Source: Escherichia phage forsur. Taken from it: a stretch of 42,476 bases of DNA. Of the stretch, positions 26,486 to 31,890 are shown piece after piece. Both the position numbers and the translations under genes were made by a program. Location: the sequence record MN850617.1. One strand, 5' to 3'. How positions within the stretch are numbered: the first letter of the stretch is position 1; each line of letters starts with the position of its first letter. The notes below the pieces were generated by a model. The model worked only from the letters and a program-made list of their open reading frames with translations. It did no database searches and was not told the DNA's origin.

Positions 26486-26622
26486 TTATCTATTGATATC
26501 AGTAACTTATAACCTATCTGATAACGGTATCTATCCTATGCAATAACCTATTCAATCAAATATTTATTCCTAATGATTACAGTAACTTATCCACTATTTG
26601 AGCTATTCAGTGAAAATAAATC

Positions 26623-26651
26623 TTGCAATGCTGTTTGTGATTTGCTGTAAT
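26623..26651 (+). promoter_or_regulatory. sigma70 early promoter candidate PE0
   Basis: TTGCAA (26623-26628), 17-nt spacer, extended -10 TGcTGTAAT (TGTAAT at 26646-26651). Confidence 0.55.
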
Positions 26652-26726
26652 TCTCATCGCCGGGTAGCAGAACATCGCTACACGGTGGCAAGACGGTAAC
26701 ACTGCTCTTTAACAATCTGGAGTGTA

Positions 26727-26755
26727 TTGACAAGGCAAGCTCACTATGCTGTAAT
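26727..26755 (+). promoter_or_regulatory. sigma70 early promoter PE1
   Basis: Consensus TTGACA (26727-26732), 17-nt spacer, extended -10 TGcTGTAAT (26750-26755). Confidence 0.8.
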
Positions 26756-26863
26756 GCTTCCAGTCAGCCAGACAAGCCAAACAGTCATGGATAAAGACGT
26801 TAAAACCCGCGCAGGCTAACTGGTACGGATTATTCATCTCAGAATGGGCGCTGAATAAAACGG

Positions 26864-26892
26864 TTGACAGGATGAAACGAGTATGCTGTAAT
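26864..26892 (+). promoter_or_regulatory. sigma70 early promoter PE2
   Basis: TTGACA (26864-26869), 17-nt spacer, TGcTGTAAT (26887-26892). Confidence 0.8.
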
Positions 26893-26944
26893 ACGCTCCA
26901 GATTGACAGGGCAAGCAAGCCTGACAGTCAGTAGTAAAAAGTAG

Positions 26945-26973
26945 TTGACAAGCTGAATACACTGTGTTGTAAT
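26945..26973 (+). promoter_or_regulatory. sigma70 early promoter PE3
   Basis: TTGACA (26945-26950), 17-nt spacer, TGtTGTAAT (26968-26973). Confidence 0.8.
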
Positions 26974-27451
26974 CAGCACCGAGTTGGAAGGATGCAAAAC
27001 ATCCTGCTCTGAGTGAACGCAAACTGGCCGCGTAGTGTCACGGCTCACTGGGTATCCGCCGCAGGTTGGAACTGGGTGAGGCATCGCCGAAAGGCAACGG
27101 TATCGCAACAATGCTAACGCCGTAGGGGTAGCGCCTGATGCAAGGTAACGGAGAAGCGCGATAGACGCAGCGCAGTATCAGTACAATACCAAACGTCTTA
27201 TAAGGCGCGGAGTATAGCGGGTAGGTAGTCAAACGGCTTGTTAGCTGGCAACGGTGAGCAAGATACGCGACGGACTGCTGGAAGACTCCTGAGAGTGGAT
27301 GCAGACAATATCCACAGCGCGAAATGGGCGGGGCGATTTTTCAGGGTAGTGAATCCGACAAGCCAATCAATGCCACTGAGTGCAGACTGTACGGCGCGTC
27401 ACAATGGGTTCACTATCCACCTGAAAATAGCCAACAACTGGAGAAATAACT

Positions 27452-27844
27452 ATGTACCGTATCTATGCAAGCGCATATCGTCAGAACAACGCTGAGTGTG
27501 TTAATCTGGCGCTTCATTGCAAGGCACTGCGAACGGTGCAGGATATGTTCGGAGTGATTCCGGTCACACTGACAGGCAAGTTCGACAATGCGTATGAGTT
27601 AAGCATGGTCTTTCCTGTCGATGGAATCTACGAAATCAGACAGGCTGTTAAGCTGTTCTGTAAAGCCTTTGAACAGGACTGCATCATGGTAGTGACCGAT
27701 GACAATGATGCAATCTTCATGGATTCACCATATCCGGGCAAGCCTGCTGGCAAGTTTGTCAGCAAGACAGAAGCGGAGATGGAAGCCGGGCAGTTCACTG
27801 CTTGGACTTACGATGGTGAGCAATTTTGGGTAGTGGAGGCGTAA
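27452..27844 (+). CDS. first early protein, T3 gp0.3-like SAM hydrolase/lyase candidate (130 aa)
   Basis: GGAG upstream. Block resemblance to T3 SAMase as I recall it (ASAYRQNNAECVNL.. vs VSAFRSNLCDEVNM..; FCKAFEQDCIMVV vs ACNEWEQDCVLVY). Occupies the first early gene position. Confidence 0.5.
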   Translation: MYRIYASAYRQNNAECVNLALHCKALRTVQDMFGVIPVTLTGKFDNAYELSMVFPVDGIYEIRQAVKLFCKAFEQDCIMVVTDDNDAIFMDSPYPGKPAGKFVSKTEAEMEAGQFTAWTYDGEQFWVVEA

Positions 27845-27845
27845 T

Positions 27846-27917
27846 ATGTTCACTGCACTCTGTGTGATAGCGGCGGCGTGCTGGCTGATTGACCAGCGCC
27901 TGTCTAAGCGAGCCTGA
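27846..27917 (+). CDS. micro-ORF, 23-aa hydrophobic peptide
   Basis: Strong GGAGG 6 nt upstream. MFTALCVIAAACWLIDQRLSKRA. Confidence 0.4.
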   Translation: MFTALCVIAAACWLIDQRLSKRA

Positions 27918-27918
27918 T

Positions 27919-28002
27919 ATGTGGGACTTACTGGTAGCGTTGTTCTGGTTTGTCTTTGCAGGCTTGTGGATTTACTGGTTGACTCGTCCCAAATTATGGT
28001 GA
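27919..28002 (+). CDS. micro-ORF, 27-aa hydrophobic peptide
   Basis: ATG 1 nt after the previous stop. MWDLLVALFWFVFAGLWIYWLTRPKLW (single TMD). Confidence 0.4.
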   Translation: MWDLLVALFWFVFAGLWIYWLTRPKLW

Positions 28003-28008
28003 CTGCCT

Positions 28009-28030
28009 AATGCGTCTTGCGAGGCGCATT
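28009..28030 (+). repeat. intergenic stem-loop, UUGCGA-loop family (copy 1; no GGCAAT box)
   Basis: AATGCGTC-TTGCGA-GGCGCATT, 8-bp stem. Confidence 0.7.
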
Positions 28031-28066
28031 GTGAAGTAACCAACCAACAACCCGACGAGGTGTATC

Positions 28067-28594
28067 ATGACTACTGTTAAATATACTGCATTCAAAGATG
28101 CTGCGGCGCTGGACAAAGCTATCGAAGCGACTGTCAAAAAGGCGCACTCACTCCGTAACGATATTCAGAATGTTGCGGTCGGTATTATCCTGCACGCTTA
28201 CCATCACGGCGACTACACTCGTGCTGAGTCGTTCACTCACCAACTGGGTGATGGCGTCCGTGGTAAGGCACTGGTTGACTGGTTCGTCCAGTTCGGCGGC
28301 CTGATTGTGGGTGAGCATGAAGATGGCAAGTCCGGCTTCGTTGGCTGGAAGGGTGCCGACTTCATCAAAGAGAACATCGACAAGGCGAAAGCCACGATGT
28401 GGTGGACTTGCAAGCCAGAAGCGGCCTTTGATGGCTTCGACCTGCAAGATGCGCTCGAAAAGCTGATTGCCAAAGCTGAAAAGGCAATGAACAAGGCGAA
28501 CGAGCTGCGCCACGAAGGGCGCGATGAGGATGCGAACAAGGTTGTCGTGCCTCAGAACGTGCTGGACGGCCTGCGCAAGCTGAAAGCTGCGTAA
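28067..28594 (+). CDS. hypothetical early protein (175 aa)
   Basis: GAGG upstream. Helical and Lys/Ala-rich, with no recognisable motif. Confidence 0.7.
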   Translation: MTTVKYTAFKDAAALDKAIEATVKKAHSLRNDIQNVAVGIILHAYHHGDYTRAESFTHQLGDGVRGKALVDWFVQFGGLIVGEHEDGKSGFVGWKGADFIKENIDKAKATMWWTCKPEAAFDGFDLQDALEKLIAKAEKAMNKANELRHEGRDEDANKVVVPQNVLDGLRKLKAA

Positions 28595-28607
28595 GCGGGA
28601 TTGACTC

Positions 28608-28644
28608 AAGCCATCTTGCGAGGTGGCTTTATGGCAATTCTGCC
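28608..28644 (+). repeat. intergenic stem-loop (UUGCGA loop) plus GGCAATTCTGCC box (copy 2)
   Basis: AAGCCATC-TTGCGA-GGTGGCTT. The box starts 11 nt after the loop. Confidence 0.7.
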
Positions 28645-28667
28645 CCAACAATTACGGAGTATCATCC

Positions 28668-28952
28668 ATGACCACTAAAACTGTTCTGGCCTACGTCACC
28701 AAGAAAGGCGAAGAAGTGTACGGCTATGCTGTGTCTATCGACGGCGGCCACAACTACCTGCATCACGTTCGTGAAGAAGGTGAACCGACTGACCACGATG
28801 GCATTCTGGAAACGCTGAAAGGCATCCCGCTGCCGCACGAAATCATCTGTATGCTGGCTGGCCAGACGGAAGATGACCTGCAACTGCGTCACGGCGACGA
28901 CCTGACCATTCAGGGTATCGGCAGCTTCGAAGCTGACGTAGACGACGAATAA
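28668..28952 (+). CDS. acidic early protein ending ..GSFEADVDDE (94 aa)
   Basis: Start trimmed to ATG 28668 (ACGGAG upstream). The track's start at 28623 lies inside the conserved hairpin/box element. Confidence 0.65.
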   Translation: MTTKTVLAYVTKKGEEVYGYAVSIDGGHNYLHHVREEGEPTDHDGILETLKGIPLPHEIICMLAGQTEDDLQLRHGDDLTIQGIGSFEADVDDE

Positions 28953-28963
28953 GCGTTGTCCTG

Positions 28964-29000
28964 CTGCATCCTTGCGAGGGTGCAGCGTGGCAATACTGCC
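28964..29000 (+). repeat. intergenic stem-loop (UUGCGA loop) plus GGCAATACTGCC box (copy 3)
   Basis: CTGCATCC-TTGCGA-GGGTGCAG. The box starts 11 nt after the loop. Confidence 0.7.
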
Positions 29001-29025
29001 TTATTCCAATCTGAGGATTAATCCT

Positions 29026-29106
29026 ATGTCTACACTGAAACTGGTACTGATTTCTAACATCGCTGCTGACGCTTTCGACGCTGATGACGTGGACTTCTCT
29101 GCGTGA
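29026..29106 (+). CDS. 26-aa acidic mini-ORF (MSTLKLVLISNIAADAFDADDVDFSA), resembling the C-terminal tail of the neighbouring paralogs
   Basis: TGAGGA upstream. Preceded by the same hairpin/box element as the full-length genes. Confidence 0.4.
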   Translation: MSTLKLVLISNIAADAFDADDVDFSA

Positions 29107-29112
29107 TACCTT

Positions 29113-29150
29113 ACTGCCTCGTTGCGACGGGGCAGTGCGGCAATCATGCC
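29113..29150 (+). repeat. intergenic stem-loop (UUGCGA loop) plus GGCAATCATGCC box (copy 4)
   Basis: ACTGCCTCG-TTGCGA-CGGGGCAGT. The box starts 11 nt after the loop. Confidence 0.7.
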
Positions 29151-29171
29151 CAACCTAACTGGAGATTTACC

Positions 29172-29453
29172 ATGGCTACAATCAACGTGTATTCCCTGAG
29201 CAACGGCGGTCTGGCATTCATCGCTGGTGATAAGGTAGACGAAGCGCCGTCGCTGGGCGTGACGCCGAAACCGGAGGCCAGCCGTGATGATGTTATCGCG
29301 GAAGTCAAGGGTGCGCTGGAAGACCTCGGCGGTCTGCTGTTCGTCCTGAATGGTGGCAAGCTGTCGGTTGAAAAGCTGGACGCGCTGGAACCTGTCTTTG
29401 TTGAGAGCTTCGAAGCTGACAACATCGACCTCGCTGCTTTCGCTGACGCCTAA
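29172..29453 (+). CDS. acidic early protein, paralog A (93 aa, MATINVY.. ..ESFEADNIDLAAFADA)
   Basis: Start trimmed to ATG 29172 (TGGAGA upstream). Clear paralog of 29791..30099. Confidence 0.75.
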   Translation: MATINVYSLSNGGLAFIAGDKVDEAPSLGVTPKPEASRDDVIAEVKGALEDLGGLLFVLNGGKLSVEKLDALEPVFVESFEADNIDLAAFADA

Positions 29454-29491
29454 GCATAACCCGAAACCCACAACCAAAGAGGACAATCAAC

Positions 29492-29722
29492 ATGGCTAAG
29501 TTTGAACTGGTACGCTTCATTGACCCGAACGATGGCGAAGAAACCTTCGCGCAGTTTGCTGATGACCGCTCGCTGGTCGCCATCTACAACACTGAGCGCA
29601 CGGCGCGGCGCTGGTTCAAGGAAGACGACGACATGGACAGCATCGAAGAAGCGCTGGCTATGCCGGGCTACGCTGAGGCTGTCGAGGCAGCACTGAAAGG
29701 CGAAGTCGTAGCGACTGCGTGA
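29492..29722 (+). CDS. acidic early protein (76 aa)
   Basis: AAGAGGA upstream. Confidence 0.65.
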   Translation: MAKFELVRFIDPNDGEETFAQFADDRSLVAIYNTERTARRWFKEDDDMDSIEEALAMPGYAEAVEAALKGEVVATA

Positions 29723-29729
29723 TTTCTGT

Positions 29730-29768
29730 CAGCCCATCCATAGCGGTGGGCTGTAGGGCAATCATGCC
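29730..29768 (+). repeat. intergenic stem-loop (CAUAGC loop) plus GGCAATCATGCC box (copy 5)
   Basis: CAGCCCATC-CATAGC-GGTGGGCTG. The box starts 12 nt after the loop. Confidence 0.65.
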
Positions 29769-29790
29769 ACAACAACTGAGGGTATACACC

Positions 29791-30099
29791 ATGGCAACTA
29801 TCAACGTCTACAAAACTATCACTGGCTCACTGGTATTCGTAGTGGGTGAACTGCGTGAAGATGCACCAATCGTTGGCGTGTCTCTGCGTGAAGGGGCAAC
29901 CGAGGCTGACGCCATCGCTGAGATTCGTCAGAACATTGAGAACCTCGGCGGCCTGTTCTTCCTGCTGCAAGGTGGCAGCCTGAACCTCGCTAAGTTGCAG
30001 GAGCATGAGCCTGTACTCGTGACCAGCTTCGAAGCGGAAGATGTAGACGCCAGTGACTTCGAAGCCAGCCGCGCTGACGAAGAAGAAGCAGGCGAGTAA
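29791..30099 (+). CDS. acidic early protein, paralog B (102 aa, MATINVY.. ..TSFEAEDVDASDFEASRADEEEAGE)
   Basis: Start trimmed to ATG 29791 (TGAGGG upstream). Aligns along its full length with 29172..29453. Confidence 0.75.
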   Translation: MATINVYKTITGSLVFVVGELREDAPIVGVSLREGATEADAIAEIRQNIENLGGLFFLLQGGSLNLAKLQEHEPVLVTSFEAEDVDASDFEASRADEEEAGE

Positions 30100-30212
30100 T
30101 GAGCGCCATCGAGGTGGCACTGATGTTGGGCTGTCATGCAGGTATTGGCAGCCTCGTCATCTACATCGTTGGCGCGGCACGCAAATCATACGATAGGAGA
30201 ACCAAGCTATGA
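30099..30212 (+). CDS. micro-ORF, 37-aa membrane peptide
   Basis: TAATG overlap with the upstream stop. One TMD (GIGSLVIYIVGAA) followed by a basic tail. Confidence 0.4.
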   Translation: MSAIEVALMLGCHAGIGSLVIYIVGAARKSYDRRTKL

Positions 30213-30385
30213 AGTTTGCAGTATCGCGCAGCGGTGCAAGCCATGCGGCACACAAGTTGCACTTCCTGTTCCACTCGCTGTACCTTACAGCGGCTGCGAT
30301 GGAGGGTCACTTGTTCTATAGCCTCATGGCTGGCGGCACCTTACTGTTCATGGTTGGCACGGCGGTGCTGGGCAATGAACATTAA
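30209..30385 (+). CDS. small membrane protein (58 aa)
   Basis: AGGAGA about 9 nt upstream, ATGA overlap. Below the ORF-track cutoff. Preferred over the track's 30136 and 30216 frames, which lack an RBS. Confidence 0.45.
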   Translation: MKFAVSRSGASHAAHKLHFLFHSLYLTAAAMEGHLFYSLMAGGTLLFMVGTAVLGNEH

Positions 30386-30548
30386 TCTGTTACAACGGGT
30401 CAAGGGTATGGAGCGTCGGCACTGGGAGACGGCCATCATCCTTAAGGTAAGCATAAGCGCTGGACTGGCTGCTGCTTATTTCCTGCCAACCACCGCAGCA
30501 ATAGCCGTTGGTATCAGCACCAACCTGCTATGGTTGTGGAAGTTGTAA
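30375..30548 (+). CDS. small membrane protein (57 aa)
   Basis: Internal ATG of track ORF 30216..30548. Two hydrophobic segments. The upstream part of the track ORF is Cys/Arg-rich, out-of-frame-looking sequence. Confidence 0.45.
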   Translation: MNINLLQRVKGMERRHWETAIILKVSISAGLAAAYFLPTTAAIAVGISTNLLWLWKL

Positions 30549-30562
30549 GCAGTGGATTACTC

Positions 30563-30589
30563 AAGGCTGTCCAGCGGGTAGCCTTTTTG
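30563..30589 (+). terminator. rho-independent terminator candidate within the early region
   Basis: AAGGCT-(11-nt loop)-AGCCTT followed by a TTTTT run (30584-30588). Confidence 0.5.
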
Positions 30590-30612
30590 AAATCCATTGA
30601 CGAGAGGGGAGC

Positions 30613-30951
30613 ATGGCACTACATCGAGTGAAGGTAATGCGTGGGCCTGACTTCGAAGACGGGCAAGAGATTGCTGCATTGCAGTACCGCTTGCCGTCCG
30701 GTCAGGAGGGGCTGGTCATCATTGACCAGATTGAAATCATGGGTGAGCACATGCTGATTGCTGATGCCACCGATGAGCAAATCATTGAGCGCTGCAAGGC
30801 ATACGCCGGGGGCAGACCGTTCATCATCGACCTGATGAATGACCAGCACATCAATGCTGATGGTTCGCTGCTGTTCAAGGCATGGCTTTATGCTCTCACA
30901 ACAATCTACGAAGGGGAGATGTATCTCTTTGGCGTAGACAACGAGGGTTAA
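30613..30951 (+). CDS. hypothetical early protein (112 aa)
   Basis: GAGAGGGGAG upstream. Confidence 0.7.
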   Translation: MALHRVKVMRGPDFEDGQEIAALQYRLPSGQEGLVIIDQIEIMGEHMLIADATDEQIIERCKAYAGGRPFIIDLMNDQHINADGSLLFKAWLYALTTIYEGEMYLFGVDNEG

Positions 30952-30954
30952 ATC

Positions 30955-31269
30955 ATGAAGGTAAGCAAAGGATATCTGTTCGTGCTGTTGATGCTGGCCA
31001 CCCTGTATCTCAGCACCGTGCATGTGGCACTGGCAGCCACTGTGGAGAAGGTGCATTTGGATGCGTATGACGTACCGCTGGGCGCACCTGATGGACAGGT
31101 GTACTCTGCTTGCGTCATTGACCTACGCAAAGGCGGCACTGTCAGCACACTGGCCTACGTTGGTGAGTGTGAGGATGTGCTGCCACACCTGAAAGAAAAG
31201 CTGGAGCATGATGGCGTGACCACCATCGTGACTCTCTCAATCAACGGTCATAACATCAACCTAACGTGA
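30955..31269 (+). CDS. secreted/periplasmic early protein (104 aa)
   Basis: N-terminal signal peptide MKVSKGYLFVLLMLATLYLSTVHVALA|AT. GAGGG upstream. Confidence 0.7.
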   Translation: MKVSKGYLFVLLMLATLYLSTVHVALAATVEKVHLDAYDVPLGAPDGQVYSACVIDLRKGGTVSTLAYVGECEDVLPHLKEKLEHDGVTTIVTLSINGHNINLT

Positions 31270-31277
31270 GGTTTTAT

Positions 31278-31529
31278 ATGAGCACTCAAGCTAAGATTGT
31301 AATTCTGCGCAACGACTATGGCCGTCCTACTCCGTTCGGCACCTTCTGTCCGTTCCTCGATACCATTGAGGGTAAAGAGTACGATGTACTCATCCTTGAG
31401 CCGGGCGAAGTGGACGCCGAAGGGGATGAAGTTGACAAGCGCTCGGTCAGTTTCCGCGATGAAGTGGGTGACTTAGCTGGCGCACACATTGACTACCATG
31501 AAGGTAAGTCATTCAAGTTCGTCGAGTAA
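31278..31529 (+). CDS. hypothetical acidic early protein (83 aa)
   Basis: Start trimmed to ATG 31278 (GAGG 6 nt upstream). Confidence 0.65.
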   Translation: MSTQAKIVILRNDYGRPTPFGTFCPFLDTIEGKEYDVLILEPGEVDAEGDEVDKRSVSFRDEVGDLAGAHIDYHEGKSFKFVE

Positions 31530-31535
31530 TAATCT

Positions 31536-31571
31536 ACAGCCTCTGCTTGCTGGGGCTGTGTCACTATCAAA
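31536..31571 (+). repeat. intergenic stem-loop plus GTGTCACTATCAAA box (second family, copy 1)
   Basis: ACAGCCTC-(8-nt loop)-GGGGCTGT, then a box shared with 31840..31876. Confidence 0.6.
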
Positions 31572-31587
31572 TAAACGAGAGGCAAAC

Positions 31588-31833
31588 ATGGCTAAGTATG
31601 ACGTATACAAAGACGGTGAGGGTGACTGGACTATCGTACCGGAAGGGCAGCAGATTGTAGCCCCGGTCGATGTGATTGCAATGAACGGCGCGGCGGCTGA
31701 GACACTGGCTGATGTGCAGCGCATCGCAACCACCAAGCGTGCAGGCTTCGAAGCTAACCGCACGCATGTCAAGTCGCAGGCTGTCATCAATCGCTTCGGC
31801 CCGTATGAACTGGCCGGGACTATTGAAGTGTGA
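31588..31833 (+). CDS. hypothetical early protein (81 aa)
   Basis: Start trimmed to ATG 31588 (GAGAGG upstream). Confidence 0.65.
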   Translation: MAKYDVYKDGEGDWTIVPEGQQIVAPVDVIAMNGAAAETLADVQRIATTKRAGFEANRTHVKSQAVINRFGPYELAGTIEV

Positions 31834-31839
31834 TAAGCT

Positions 31840-31876
31840 ACTGCCCCTGCGTGCCGGGGGCAGTGTCATTATCAAA
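31840..31876 (+). repeat. intergenic stem-loop plus GTGTCATTATCAAA box (second family, copy 2)
   Basis: ACTGCCCCT-(7-nt loop)-GGGGGCAGT, then the box. Confidence 0.6.
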
Positions 31877-31890
31877 CGATGGAGGTGGGT

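Noticed and set aside
25940-26546. Three long overlapping + strand ORFs (171, 185 and 139 aa) in all three frames
   Set aside because: The tract has almost no A, so no stop codon can occur in any frame. The translations are Cys/Arg/Ala/Leu low-complexity strings with no RBS. This is a compositional artefact, not coding.
26903-26908. Fifth TTGACA hexamer in the early promoter region
   Set aside because: No -10-like hexamer lies at 16-19 nt (AGTCAG/GTCAGT). It looks like a decayed duplicate of the PE1 -35 flank.
27338-27427. tRNA-like features in the leader (GGTTCACTATCC T-loop-like string; TTTTCAG/CTGAAAA complementary ends 90 nt apart)
   Set aside because: No D-arm or anticodon arm can be drawn, the T-stem has only 3-4 pairs, and no CCA or discriminator context fits. 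Not a tRNA.
27238-27495. Track ORF of 85 aa (TTG start) in the leader, overlapping the first early gene
   Set aside because: It has a non-ATG start without an RBS and overlaps the RBS-bearing 27452 gene out of frame. The translation is unremarkable.
28633-29768. GGCAATNNTGCC boxes as sigma54 (-24 GG / -12 GC) promoters, or TTGCGA loops as sigma70 -35 elements
   Set aside because: The GG-to-GC spacing is about 9 nt rather than the roughly 12 nt of TGGCAC-N5-TTGC. No acceptable -10 hexamer lies 16-18 nt after any TTGCGA.
28009-31876. Whether the repeated hairpins could be a CRISPR-like array
   Set aside because: The repeat sequences differ (only structure and loop are conserved). The spacing is irregular (350-650 nt) and is filled by protein-coding genes with RBSs.
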